64,000 nt of DNA from an uncultured Lachnospiraceae bacterium (GCA_905235435.1 CAJOLD010000009.1:16129-80128); one strand, 5' to 3'; counted from the first letter of the stretch, positions 41,779 through 51,918 are shown. Program-made: numbers and translations. The notes: generated by a model not told the origin, from the letters alone.

Positions 41779-44505
41779 TTAACCGTTCTTTTTGCGGCCG
41801 CGCCGCGAAGCTGCCAGGAGCAGGACGAAAAGGACCAGTCCCGCCAGGGAAATGACCGTGCCGGCCGTAAGGCCGGGCGAAATATAGCGCAGCTCGATGC
41901 TGTGCTCCCCGGGCCCCAGAAGAAGGCCCGTATACATGCCGTTTACGCGCCGCAGGGCCGTCTGCTCCCCGTCGACAGATGCCTTCCAGCCCTCGCGCCA
42001 CGGGATGGAGAGAATGAGCATGCGGTCTTTGTCAAGATCGATCGTCCCGGACACTTCGCCGCCTTCGATATGCAGGTTTTCCATGCTGCACGCGGAAAGC
42101 TCCCGGATCCGCTCCGTAATGCCGGAAACCGGCACGTAATAAAAACGCATGCCTTTCAGCCGGTATCCTCCTTTTTCGGGGAAGGATACCTTCAGTCTCT
42201 GCGTACCGTCCTCCGCAAAATTGCCGAGGCAGACGAGGTAATCCTTTCTGCCCAGAGAGTAGGTCCCGCCTGTGCTGCGCAGCGTGATCATCTTGGTAAG
42301 CCCCGGCGTGTCGAGGCGGACGAAGCTGTACTCTTTGTTCCTGTAGAGACCCTCAAAGTATACATAGCATTCGCATCCGGCCTTAAACGGCATCTCGACT
42401 TCAAAGCTGCCGCCCGCCTCCCTGACCTTTACGCCCTTTTTGGTCAGCTCCGTGTTCTCCCCGGATCCGGGAAGCTGCACCTTTTCCTCTGTGATGTCTG
42501 TCCCGGTCTGCAAGGCCTGCCTGAGCGCACTCTCCGCCTCCGGATCTTCCCCGGAGAGAACGGCGCCCTGCAGCATGGCCTGCTGTTTTTCGAGGGACGA
42601 CATTTCCGAAAAGTCCTGCGCGGACACGTAAGCGTCCGCGGCGTAACCGAAGGGAAGCGGCTGCGTATTTTCATATACGAGCAGCTCCTCGCCCGAGAGA
42701 TCTTCGCGCGGCACAAAGCCCGCGGGCACGGTCCTCTCCTCGCCCGGAAGCGTCAGGAAGTAGCGGACGTTCGCCATCGCCTCAAGGGCTGTCTGTCCGT
42801 CCATGGAGAACAGGCGGTGGACCGCGTTGATGCCGATGCTGTCAAGATCGCGCAGGGTATCGATGACCGCCGTATTCAGGACGCTGTTGTACATGGATGT
42901 GCCGTGATAGCCGAGGATCAGCGATCCATTCTCCTCTCCCGTCGTCATAAAGGAGGTGTCGGCGCGCCAGAAGCTGCCGTCATCCAGAGCCCCCAGGACG
43001 GCATACTTTGAATCCGCATAGTACGAGTACAGGCTGCCCGCGTCCGAATAGGCTGCCGTGCCGTAGGTATGACTGGAATCGGCAGGGCCGAAGTTTGCCC
43101 GCGCATACAGGAAAGCGCACGCAAGGATCAGGACGGGAAGGCCGAAACGGCAGCAGGCAGCGGCCGCGCCTCTTCCTTTTTTCGAGACCAGAGCCATCAC
43201 GATCATCCAGACAAGGCAGATCACCATCAGGATGACGGCCATGACAAGAAAGGTCTTCTTCTCCCCCTCCGGGGCGGTAAGCGCGCAGATGACCGCGTAG
43301 CCGGCGGTGAGTGCGCCCGTCACCGCGATCTGCAGGATCCGCGGGCACTCCCACTCGCTCCCGCAGGCCGCGAGCGCGCAGGCAAGCGAAAAGGCGATCA
43401 TGTAGGTCCAGCGGTTGCTTACGCCTCCCATTCCGTTCATCAGAAGACCCGCGGCAGGCACCAGGAGCGCCGCCGCCTCGATCACGAGGGAGCCGCGGAG
43501 CGCAAGGAGATCCTTCCCGCCTTTTTTCTTTGTGAACGCCAGGACAGCCGCGGCCAGGGCGGGCGCCGCAAAATTCAGATGCGCGTTGTTTCCCGGGTTT
43601 AAGTACGGGGCAAACAGGTCCGCGATCGTGTTCGTGATCCAGCTTCCGCCATAGGCAAGCAGGGAACCGCTGTAGGCATCCGTCAGCCTTGCGGATTCAA
43701 AAAGCCGCAGCAGCACGGGGAGGAAAAAGACCATGGAGATGGCGGCGCCGCACAGATAATAGAGAATCATCAGAAGGACCCTCTTTGCGCCGGTGCCTGC
43801 CCGCTCTCCCTTTTCTTCTCCCTCAAGAGCCGCGGGAAGCCGCAGGAGAACATAGACCGCCAGCGCGATGCTGCACTGGTACATAAAGTAATAATTGTTG
43901 ATAAAGCCAAGTGCGGTCACCACGATAAAAAGAAGGCACCGCTCTCCCTGCAGGATCTTATCCGCGCAAAGAAGGAGCAGAGGCAGCAGGATCATGGCGG
44001 AAAGGAAGGTGGGATTGGCGATCCCGACCTTGATCACATAGCCGCAGGAAAGGTAGAGGCCCGCGCCCGTCAGCACATAGAAAGGCTTCCATCCGCGATG
44101 CTTTCCGTATGCCGAGAAGGCAAGCCCCGCCAGAAAGAGCCGCAGGACGGTCAGGACATCATACAGCAGCTCCGTGTATCTTCCGGGCACGAAAACGCTC
44201 AGAAGATCCAGCAGATGCAGGCGCATAACGGCCCCCGCGTCATCCCCGAGGCCGATGCAGAAATCATACAGGGGAAGGGAGAATCTTCCGTGCACAAGGC
44301 CGGAGAAGAAATCCCTCAGTGTGTTCCCCATATAGTAGAGATAGGCGTAATACTGCGGACGGCCGTCGGTCGTCCATACCAGGCTCTTCCCTGAAAGAAA
44401 CAGGGGGCCCAGCAGGAAGGCGCAAAGGACGGCAAACAGGATGCAGCAGACGGCAAGAAACCGTTTCCCTGACATTTTCTTTTCTGTTCTGTTACGTTCT
44501 GACAT
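41779..44505 (-). CDS. YfhO-family membrane protein (putative GT-C glycosyltransferase)
   Basis: 908 aa; DG..QYY, GLG, NYYF, RW motifs; many TMs; C-terminal LSIPW.EGWKA.VDG..G.H.IEL.Y. Confidence 0.85.
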   Translation of the reverse strand: MSERNRTEKKMSGKRFLAVCCILFAVLCAFLLGPLFLSGKSLVWTTDGRPQYYAYLYYMGNTLRDFFSGLVHGRFSLPLYDFCIGLGDDAGAVMRLHLLDLLSVFVPGRYTELLYDVLTVLRLFLAGLAFSAYGKHRGWKPFYVLTGAGLYLSCGYVIKVGIANPTFLSAMILLPLLLLCADKILQGERCLLFIVVTALGFINNYYFMYQCSIALAVYVLLRLPAALEGEEKGERAGTGAKRVLLMILYYLCGAAISMVFFLPVLLRLFESARLTDAYSGSLLAYGGSWITNTIADLFAPYLNPGNNAHLNFAAPALAAAVLAFTKKKGGKDLLALRGSLVIEAAALLVPAAGLLMNGMGGVSNRWTYMIAFSLACALAACGSEWECPRILQIAVTGALTAGYAVICALTAPEGEKKTFLVMAVILMVICLVWMIVMALVSKKGRGAAAACCRFGLPVLILACAFLYARANFGPADSSHTYGTAAYSDAGSLYSYYADSKYAVLGALDDGSFWRADTSFMTTGEENGSLILGYHGTSMYNSVLNTAVIDTLRDLDSIGINAVHRLFSMDGQTALEAMANVRYFLTLPGEERTVPAGFVPREDLSGEELLVYENTQPLPFGYAADAYVSAQDFSEMSSLEKQQAMLQGAVLSGEDPEAESALRQALQTGTDITEEKVQLPGSGENTELTKKGVKVREAGGSFEVEMPFKAGCECYVYFEGLYRNKEYSFVRLDTPGLTKMITLRSTGGTYSLGRKDYLVCLGNFAEDGTQRLKVSFPEKGGYRLKGMRFYYVPVSGITERIRELSACSMENLHIEGGEVSGTIDLDKDRMLILSIPWREGWKASVDGEQTALRRVNGMYTGLLLGPGEHSIELRYISPGLTAGTVISLAGLVLFVLLLAASRRGRKKNG

Positions 44506-44518
44506 AATGGTTCCTCTC

Positions 44519-45553
44519 TTATTTTGTTCCGGGCAGGGCCCGTTTCTTTTCTCCCAGGATCAGCAGACGGAGCAGCGGCACCCGGCGGACGATCAGCTCT
44601 CCCGCGGCGAGTGGAAGCAGCAGTCCTGCCGCGAAGGAGATCAGGGCACCCGCCCAGGCTCCCAGCCCCGCGGCGGCCCAGGCGATGCGCACAGCCGTAT
44701 GGGCCGCATCCGACATCATATAGATGTCCATGCTTCTTTGCCCGAGGAAGGATACCGCCCTTCCGGCCGCGTTCCCTGTCCGGCAAAGGGCTCTCGCGGC
44801 AGCCAGCGTAAGGCCGATCCCGGCGAGCGCTGTCAGAATGCCGGCCGGGGATGAGCTTCCCATGCCGAGCCCGATGCGCGCCGCGTTTCCGGAAATGAAC
44901 AGGACGGCGCAGGCGATCAGTTCATACCTGCTCTCGCGCCGTGAGCGCAGCTCCCCGAAGAAGATCCCGCAGCCGGGATCCGCACTGTCCTCCGCCGATC
45001 TCGCCGCCATCCCGAAGAAAAAGTAGAAGCCGTTCTGCGCAAGGCGCGAGAGCACTTCCGGATGAAGGCGCGGGGCAAAGAGCACGGCCGCGAGGGCCGC
45101 CGCCGTCACGAAGGGGAGGGTCTTCTCCCGGACGATCAGGGCGCTGATCAGACAGAGCGCGAACAGTACGTACAGGTACCAGAGCATCGTATCCGGGCTC
45201 TCTCCGATCAGGATCCTCCAGGCGTCCCGCAGGGCAAAGGGCTTCTGCGCGTAGCGTGAAAGGAACGCCTTCAGCGGCAGATAGCAGATGCTCACGAAAA
45301 AGTACGGGATCAGCAGGCGCCCCGCGCGTCCCTTCAGCCATCCTGAGACCTGCCGCGGCCCGCGCAGGGAAAGAACGCGGACGCTCACGAACCCGGAGAG
45401 AAAGAAGAAAAGCGGCATATGAAAACTGTATATGACGCTGATCATATTCTCCATCAGCGCGGGCAGCGCGCCGTCCTGGCGGAGCGCATGCCCCAGCACG
45501 ACCAGCACGATGCCGATCCCTCTGGCAAGGTCCACCTGCGGATATCTTTTCAT
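44519..45553 (-). CDS. Acyltransferase family 3 (OafA-like)
   Basis: DLARGIGIVLVVLGH, YSFHMPLFFFLSG, RLLIPY, LWYL. Confidence 0.88.
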   Translation of the reverse strand: MKRYPQVDLARGIGIVLVVLGHALRQDGALPALMENMISVIYSFHMPLFFFLSGFVSVRVLSLRGPRQVSGWLKGRAGRLLIPYFFVSICYLPLKAFLSRYAQKPFALRDAWRILIGESPDTMLWYLYVLFALCLISALIVREKTLPFVTAAALAAVLFAPRLHPEVLSRLAQNGFYFFFGMAARSAEDSADPGCGIFFGELRSRRESRYELIACAVLFISGNAARIGLGMGSSSPAGILTALAGIGLTLAAARALCRTGNAAGRAVSFLGQRSMDIYMMSDAAHTAVRIAWAAAGLGAWAGALISFAAGLLLPLAAGELIVRRVPLLRLLILGEKKRALPGTK

Positions 45554-45733
45554 AAAAGCATTCCTCCCTGATTCTCCGCGGGATCCTGTCCGCGGAGCCT
45601 TCGTTTTGCATTATCGTACAGTTTATCAGAAAAAACGCGGTTAAACAATATTTATTGACTTTTCCTTTCTACTTTATTATTATATCTTTAGTTTATTCTG
45701 AAGATTTTTAAATACAAAAGCAGGAGGTAAACA

Positions 45734-47080
45734 ATGAAAAGACTTCATAAGTTAACGACTTTCATCTGCCTTTTAGCCTTCAGTCTCTTTCTTCTCACGT
45801 TCAGCGCGGCTGCCGAACCCGCAGCGCCCGGGCGTGTCAAGAACCTTACGGCAAAAGGCGGCGAGTCTTCCATCACCTTTTCCTGGAAAAAGGTATCCAC
45901 GGCGAGCGGTTATTACCTTTACCTGGTGAATGAAGACGGCACTTACGATAAGCTGCTCAGTGTCGATGCCTCCAAAAATACCCTTACCCTGAAACGCATC
46001 CACGGCGCGTCTGTGCAGAACGGCACCGATTACACCTTTGCCGTCAGCGCGTACCGCAGGTCCGGCTCATCGGAGGCCGAGGGAACAAAATCCTCAAACG
46101 TAACGGTCCGGCCGATGATCAAGAAGCCCGGCACGCCCAGCCTTACGCTCTCCTCCGTCGGGAACAAAAAAGTGACCCTGACCTGGAACAAAGTCGCAAG
46201 CGCCACAGGCTACCAGATCCTTCAGAAGAATGCAAAAGGAAAATATGTTCCCTTAAATAAGACACTGAAGGCGGGGACCACCAAGGCAACGGTCAAAAAG
46301 CTCACGAACAACAAGGCATATTCCTTCAAGATCCGTGCCGTCCGCAAGGTGAACGGAAAGACCCGCTACGGCAGCTCTTCCGCTCCCGTTTCCGCAACGC
46401 CGTTTTATGTCAACAAAGTCATGAAAGGCGTACATACTTCTTACTTTAACGCGACAGTCACGGCCAACGTGAACGGAAAGCGCAAAGACAACGGAAAGTC
46501 TTATGCCCTTAAAGCCGGACAGCATGTGACCTGCGTATGGAAATCCTATACGCACGCCACCGTCAGAGTGGGAAATAACATCGATGTCGATGTGGCACCG
46601 GGCTATATTCATCTTGATTCCTTCATCCTTGAGAACGATAAGGACTACTCCAAAAAGACGAAGGAAGGCTTTATCAACTACAGAGGCTATTCCAGCCCCT
46701 CCCAATACCTGGTCTGGGTCAGCGTAAGCAGGCAGATGTTCTATCTGTTTACCGGCAGCCAGTGCAACTGGAAGCTCAAATACTCCTGGCAGTGCTCGAC
46801 CGGTATGATCGACTGCAGGACGATGCCCGGCACCTACAGGATCGGCAGAAAGAGCCCGAAGTTTGACTTTGTCCTCGGAGGCTACGCTTACTATGCGTCC
46901 TTCTTCTCCGGCAACGCCATCCACTCATGGCTGTACCACTTCCCCGGACACGAGGCGCTCTATCCCGACAGACAGCTGAGCCGTATTCCGCAGTCTCACG
47001 GCTGTGTGCGTATCGCTACCGCCAATGCCCGCTGGATCTACAGCAATGTGCCCGTCGGAACAACGGTCGTCGTTTACTAA
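45734..47080 (+). CDS. Secreted L,D-transpeptidase family protein with two FN3-like domains
   Basis: Signal peptide; two WKKV.A.GY..Y.F.VRA-type repeats; C-terminal CSTG, AIH and SHGCVR motifs. Confidence 0.85.
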   Translation: MKRLHKLTTFICLLAFSLFLLTFSAAAEPAAPGRVKNLTAKGGESSITFSWKKVSTASGYYLYLVNEDGTYDKLLSVDASKNTLTLKRIHGASVQNGTDYTFAVSAYRRSGSSEAEGTKSSNVTVRPMIKKPGTPSLTLSSVGNKKVTLTWNKVASATGYQILQKNAKGKYVPLNKTLKAGTTKATVKKLTNNKAYSFKIRAVRKVNGKTRYGSSSAPVSATPFYVNKVMKGVHTSYFNATVTANVNGKRKDNGKSYALKAGQHVTCVWKSYTHATVRVGNNIDVDVAPGYIHLDSFILENDKDYSKKTKEGFINYRGYSSPSQYLVWVSVSRQMFYLFTGSQCNWKLKYSWQCSTGMIDCRTMPGTYRIGRKSPKFDFVLGGYAYYASFFSGNAIHSWLYHFPGHEALYPDRQLSRIPQSHGCVRIATANARWIYSNVPVGTTVVVY

Positions 47081-47083
47081 GCC

Positions 47084-47947
47084 ATGATCCAGGATATCGG
47101 CCCGCATCGTTTTTCACTGGAATACGCGCTTTATACCGCGCGTCCCGAGGACCGCGTCCTCGTCTTTGACGGCGGATCCGCGCTCCTTGACGCGGAGGGC
47201 GGCTGGCCCTGCGCGGGGCAGCTGGAAGAGGTCTTCTCCTCTCCTGCCTTCCCCGGTTCCTTCACGGAAAGCCTGCAGTATCTCTTTACGGCAGATAACG
47301 TCAGGTATTTCCTCTGTATGCAGCCTGATACGGCGGCGGTCCAAAAGGCCGCCGCCGCTTTTGGCTTTCGCACGGTCCCTCTGTCCTCCGTGCGCGCTCT
47401 GCGTCCTATGGTGAACGCCTATATCGGTTATACCGGAAGCCATCTGCACCGCTGGTATTCGCAGCACCGTTTCTGCGGCCGCTGCGGATCTCCCATGGTT
47501 CCCGCCCCGGATGAGCGCAGGCTGGACTGTCCGTCCTGCAAAGCCTCCGTTTACCCGCGCATCGATCCCTGCGTGATCGTCGCCGTCCATGACGGGGACC
47601 GCCTTCTCATGACAAAATATGCCGGCCGCGCCGTCAGCTGGTTCGTCCTCATCGCGGGCTTTATCGAGGTCGGCGAAACTGCCGAGGATGCCGTGCGCAG
47701 GGAAGTCATGGAGGAGGCCGGCGTGGAGGTCACGGACATCCGCTATTACGGCTCCCAGCCCTGGGGGATCCCCGGGAACCTGACGCTCGGCTTCACCGCG
47801 CGGCTCTCGGGCAGTGACGAGATCACGATCGACCGCCGGGAGCTTGCTGACGCCCGCTGGTTTGACCGCAGCGAAGTCCCGGTCCCGGACGATGACGTAT
47901 CCATCACCGCCGCCATGATACGGGATTTCGCGGCCGGAAGGATCTGA
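47084..47947 (+). CDS. nudC: NAD(+) diphosphatase
   Basis: FCGRCG..CPSC zinc ribbon, YPRIDP, Nudix box GFIEVGETAEDAVRREVMEEAG, SQPW. Confidence 0.92.
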   Translation: MIQDIGPHRFSLEYALYTARPEDRVLVFDGGSALLDAEGGWPCAGQLEEVFSSPAFPGSFTESLQYLFTADNVRYFLCMQPDTAAVQKAAAAFGFRTVPLSSVRALRPMVNAYIGYTGSHLHRWYSQHRFCGRCGSPMVPAPDERRLDCPSCKASVYPRIDPCVIVAVHDGDRLLMTKYAGRAVSWFVLIAGFIEVGETAEDAVRREVMEEAGVEVTDIRYYGSQPWGIPGNLTLGFTARLSGSDEITIDRRELADARWFDRSEVPVPDDDVSITAAMIRDFAAGRI

Positions 47948-47972
47948 TCCGCCGCGCCTGCGGCAAAGAAAC

Positions 47973-48014
47973 AAAAAAGCCTTCGGAGGATCTTTGCGAT
48001 CCGCCGGAGGCTTT
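47973..48014. terminator. Terminator between convergent genes
   Basis: AAAAAAGCCTTCGG..CCGGAGGCTTT inverted repeat. Confidence 0.7.
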
Positions 48015-48045
48015 ATTTGTCCTGTCAGAATGATCTATTCTTCTC

Positions 48046-49299
48046 CTACAGCTGCCCTGCCATATTGTGCAGCAGATTGAAGTAGTAAATGATGCCGTCG
48101 CACAGATGCAGGCCGAAAAGGAAGGCGGGGACGGCGAATTTCAGCTTGATGGCCGCGCCCTTCTGCTCTCCGGGCTTCTCCTCTCTCCAGCGTTTAAAGA
48201 AGTAAATGACACACCAGATCCAAAGCAGGGAGGAACCGATCACATTTCCCCAGCCGAAGTTCCCGTGGGAGGCTCTTGTGCCCGTCTCGGCAAAGGTCCA
48301 GAAGACGAGCAGCCCCAGGATATACTGCCAGAAGCAGATATTGAACAGCTTGTCCTTAAAGACCGTCTTTCTCCAGATGATGACGACCGCGAACGGGAAA
48401 GCCATCCGCAGGATCACGGATACCGGGAAGCAGGGCGACGCCATTTTGGCGACCTTGAAAAGCGCGATCTCAATGCCGCCCGTCGTCTCTGCGCTCGCCG
48501 ATCCTTTCATCACATAGATCTTCAGATACTGGACGAGGAAGAGGGCTGCCGAAGGCAGAAAATACAGATGCTGCCCGATCAGTTTAAAGAACCCGTGCCC
48601 TTTCTGGCGGATCAGCTTAATGAGCGCCGCAAAGAAACACAGCGGGAAATAGATCGTCAGGATGGAGGGTTTGATCAGGGTCGAGACCAGAAGCAGGACG
48701 GCCAGCCAGATCTGATAGACCGTCGTCTTTTTCATCTGCCGTTTTCCGACCTTCACCACCTCGCCCGGATCACACTGCCAGTAGAAGGCGGTCACGATCG
48801 AGATCAGCAGCGCGAAGGGCTTCACAGCCGTCGTCGTCGGGCTGTGCCACGGATTCGGGGAGGACTGCCCATAATAGTACCGCGGATTGAAGAACCGCAG
48901 ATAAAGAGGTCCGACGAGCAGGGAGGAGGCTGATATGAAGGATACCAGCCAGAAGCTCTCCGATCTTCTGTAATCCGGCTTCAGCATGAAATTCGCGAGC
49001 CACACAATGATGACAGCCTCAAACGCGTTGAAGAGCGCCGACGTGATGCTTGCCGCTGTCTCTATGCTGACCGGCATCAGCTCATAGATCAGATAGCAGA
49101 TGATGTGCCATCCGTTGTCGCTGACGCTCATCACTTCCTCAAGAGAAAGGCATTTCTTCATATGCGCCACGACGTCGCTTGCCTTCTCAAGCCGGGCCTC
49201 CTTCATCACCATGATGTAGGTAACGATAAAGATAAAGAGCGGCGCCGCGATATAGACCGCCCTTTTGAACCGCCGTACTCTTACGTTTTCGTCCATCAC
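48046..49299 (-). CDS. Hypothetical polytopic membrane protein
   Basis: 417 aa with roughly ten hydrophobic segments; loop motifs SPNPWHSPT, KPS, HGNFGW. Confidence 0.75.
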   Translation of the reverse strand: MMDENVRVRRFKRAVYIAAPLFIFIVTYIMVMKEARLEKASDVVAHMKKCLSLEEVMSVSDNGWHIICYLIYELMPVSIETAASITSALFNAFEAVIIVWLANFMLKPDYRRSESFWLVSFISASSLLVGPLYLRFFNPRYYYGQSSPNPWHSPTTTAVKPFALLISIVTAFYWQCDPGEVVKVGKRQMKKTTVYQIWLAVLLLVSTLIKPSILTIYFPLCFFAALIKLIRQKGHGFFKLIGQHLYFLPSAALFLVQYLKIYVMKGSASAETTGGIEIALFKVAKMASPCFPVSVILRMAFPFAVVIIWRKTVFKDKLFNICFWQYILGLLVFWTFAETGTRASHGNFGWGNVIGSSLLWIWCVIYFFKRWREEKPGEQKGAAIKLKFAVPAFLFGLHLCDGIIYYFNLLHNMAGQL

Positions 49300-49760
49300 T
49301 GCTCTCCTTTTTCTTCCTGCGGATCCTGCTTCTGCATCTCTTCCGTCCCGTCAGAAGGCTCTTTCCAGTCGCCCATACTGCCGATCTCGGTGATATTCTT
49401 ATATTCCATGTCACAGAGCTTCTGCGCGGCCTGGCAGCTGTCTTTGCCGTCCGCTCCGTAGACGTAGATCATCTGCTGCGGATCCGGAAGGACATCCGGG
49501 GCTTTCTGCCCGATATCCTCGAGCGGCAGGCTTACGGCACCCGGAAGATGCTCCTTTTCAAAATCCGCTGCGGGCCTGATATCGACGATCACATAGCCGA
49601 TCTCATATTCCATATATTCCTGCGCTTTTTCCATAGTGAGCTGCTCATAGCGCAAGCCCCTGGAAGGCCTGAAGGTCTTCCACAGGGAATAGACCGATAT
49701 GATCATCACCGCGGCCAGACAGAGGCCGATGATCAAGGTCAGTTTTTTCTTTGTTTTCAT
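49296..49760 (-). CDS. Membrane-anchored rhodanese-like domain protein
   Basis: N-terminal TM; IVDIR..F..HLPGA motif; YVYGADG at the usual active-site loop. Confidence 0.78.
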   Translation of the reverse strand: MKTKKKLTLIIGLCLAAVMIISVYSLWKTFRPSRGLRYEQLTMEKAQEYMEYEIGYVIVDIRPAADFEKEHLPGAVSLPLEDIGQKAPDVLPDPQQMIYVYGADGKDSCQAAQKLCDMEYKNITEIGSMGDWKEPSDGTEEMQKQDPQEEKGEQ

Positions 49761-49926
49761 ACAAACTCCCCTCACGATCCCATAAATGCCGGGCAGTTTC
49801 AAGTATATACTATCTGCCTGCAAAAAGCAAATTCGCGGGGCTTCTGCTCTCCCGATGGGCCCGGATACTTGCCGCCATAGTGAAAATATGATATCATTAA
49901 TTAAAAGATGAAGTGAGGTGTTTCTT

Positions 49927-50301
49927 ATGAAATCAAATGAATCGTCGGAAGATTATCTTGAGACTATTCTTGTCCTGAGCAGGGAAAAACCGGTCGTCCG
50001 TTCGGTCGATATCGCGGACCGGCTCGGATACAAAAAATCCAGCGTGAGCGTCGCCATGAAACATCAGCGCGAAGCAGGAAATATCACCGTCACTCCCGAA
50101 GGGTTTATCTATCTAACCAGGAGCGGTCTTCAGATCGCCGAGCGGATCTACGAGCGGCATATTACGTTTACGGACTGGCTGACGAGCCTTGGTGTGGATC
50201 CGGTCGTTGCCGCCAACGACGCCTGCCGCATGGAGCACTTCATCAGCGAGGAGAGCTTCGGCGCGATCAAAGAATACTTAAATAAAGAGCACGCGGACTG
50301 A
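49927..50301 (+). CDS. DtxR/MntR-family metal-dependent regulator
   Basis: ESSEDYLE, VRSVDIA, SVSVAMK, YERH, DACRMEH. Confidence 0.9.
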   Translation: MKSNESSEDYLETILVLSREKPVVRSVDIADRLGYKKSSVSVAMKHQREAGNITVTPEGFIYLTRSGLQIAERIYERHITFTDWLTSLGVDPVVAANDACRMEHFISEESFGAIKEYLNKEHAD

Positions 50302-50323
50302 CGTCCCGTGCTCTTTTCTTTTT
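50284..50323. terminator. Terminator between convergent regulators
   Basis: AAAGAGCACG..CGTGCTCTTT followed by a T-run. Confidence 0.65.
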
Positions 50324-50334
50324 ACTGATATTTA

Positions 50335-50781
50335 TCAGATATAATACATGTTTTCCGCGCCCTGGCGGTTCTGATGATAATCCTGCAGCAGATCCTCCAG
50401 GGTGATCTTCTGGAAAAACCTGTCAAGGTCACGGTTTAAGGGCTCGATCAGGACAGCCTGTACCGATTCCGCGATCCCTTCCATGCTGCAGCCCGGTCCT
50501 GCCGTCTCCTCCGCCTCATAATAGGAACCACTGAGCGCGGTGACGATCTGGGCGGCAGTGATCTGCTCCGCAGGCCGTGCCAGGTAATATCCTCCCATGG
50601 GTCCCTTTACGCTGCAGACAAGCCCTCCTCTTTTGAGTGCTGCAAAGACCTGTTCGAGGTACTGCGGGGAAATGCCGTTTCTCTCGGCGATCTGCGCCAG
50701 AGAGGTCTGTGTATCCGTGGGCTGTGAAGCCAGATCGATCATTGCACGAAGCCCGTACCTGCATTTCTTAGACAACAGCAT
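50335..50781 (-). CDS. Rrf2-family regulator (CymR-like)
   Basis: RYGLRAMIDLA, YLEQVF, SVKGPMGGYYL; lacks the three-Cys Fe-S motif of IscR. Confidence 0.88.
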   Translation of the reverse strand: MLLSKKCRYGLRAMIDLASQPTDTQTSLAQIAERNGISPQYLEQVFAALKRGGLVCSVKGPMGGYYLARPAEQITAAQIVTALSGSYYEAEETAGPGCSMEGIAESVQAVLIEPLNRDLDRFFQKITLEDLLQDYHQNRQGAENMYYI

Positions 50782-50882
50782 TTATAATTCCCCTTTCGAT
50801 GTGTATTCTTCTTTCCCTGTATGTTTAGTGGGTATTACTGTTTTATTATAGAGCGCGCCGCATTTCCTGTCAAGGCGAAAAC

Positions 50883-50924
50883 AAAAAGCGGCGCCCCTCC
50901 GTGTGGAGGAGCGCCGCCCCTTTT
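50883..50924 (-). terminator. Terminator of sugar ABC operon
   Basis: AAAAAGCGGCGC.CCTCC..GGAGG.GCGCCGC inverted repeat. Confidence 0.75.
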
Positions 50925-50952
50925 AATATCTCAGCTTATTTCAGTCCGGATA

Positions 50953-51918
50953 TTATTTGAAATCAGCAACGTTGGAAGCGTCAACAGTGGAAACACCAGT
51001 GTCAACAGTCTCGCCGCCAAGATCTTCGCCGTTCTCGATAGCAACGACAGCATCAACAGCCATCTCACCCATAACGTTGGGGTTCTGAGCCATGAATGCA
51101 AGAAGTTCGCCGCCCTCTACATGAGCGATGTTGGAGTCGGACTTATCCCAGCCTACGCAGTAGATGGTCTCGCCGTTAGCGGAAGCATCCTTAACAGCAG
51201 CAGCAGAACCATTGGTAGCGCCATCGTTGGTTCCGTAGATAGCTACGACACCGTTAGCGATCAGGGTGTTAGCAAGCTCCTGAGCCTTGGCATTGTCGCC
51301 GTCAGAGTACTGTCTCTCACCGATGGTGAAGTCAGTGCCTTCGAATACGGAAGCGAAACCGTCGAAACGGTTCTGGCAGGAGTCAACACCAGCCTGAGCA
51401 TCAACGATGCCGATCTCGCCTTCGGTAACGCCAGCTTCGTCCAGAGCAGCCTTCAGATATTCGCCGGCCTGAACGCCGCCCTGATAGTTATCAGTTGCGA
51501 ACGTAGCAGCAGCTTCAACAGTAGCCGGAGAGTCAACATAGATGATCTTGACGCCGGCATCAATAGCCTCTTCGAGAGCCTTGTTGCAGGAAGTTGCGTC
51601 ATTGGCAGCGATCACGATGTAGCCAACGCCGTCAGCGGTAGCGGTCTCGATCTTCTGGATCTGCTGCGCATTGTCCTTGGTCTCGGGAGCAAGCCAGGTA
51701 AGCTCGATGTTTGCGCCGGCCTCGTTGTAGGCAGCTACGCGAGCTTCTGCTGCTTCTTCAAGACGTACCCAATGTACATCCATCTGGTCCATGGTGATAA
51801 CAGCGATCTTCGCTTCAACACCCTCGCCCTTGGAAGCGTCGAAATCTTCTTCCGCGAACGCGCATACGGACAGAGCCATAACAGCAACTGCAGCCAGTGC
51901 GAGTACTCTCTTCTTCAT
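50953..51918 (-). CDS. Sugar ABC substrate-binding protein (RbsB-like)
   Basis: Signal peptide; HW, VDS, ATDNYQGG, RFDGF, GTND, VGWD, QNP. Confidence 0.88.
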   Translation of the reverse strand: MKKRVLALAAVAVMALSVCAFAEEDFDASKGEGVEAKIAVITMDQMDVHWVRLEEAAEARVAAYNEAGANIELTWLAPETKDNAQQIQKIETATADGVGYIVIAANDATSCNKALEEAIDAGVKIIYVDSPATVEAAATFATDNYQGGVQAGEYLKAALDEAGVTEGEIGIVDAQAGVDSCQNRFDGFASVFEGTDFTIGERQYSDGDNAKAQELANTLIANGVVAIYGTNDGATNGSAAAVKDASANGETIYCVGWDKSDSNIAHVEGGELLAFMAQNPNVMGEMAVDAVVAIENGEDLGGETVDTGVSTVDASNVADFK

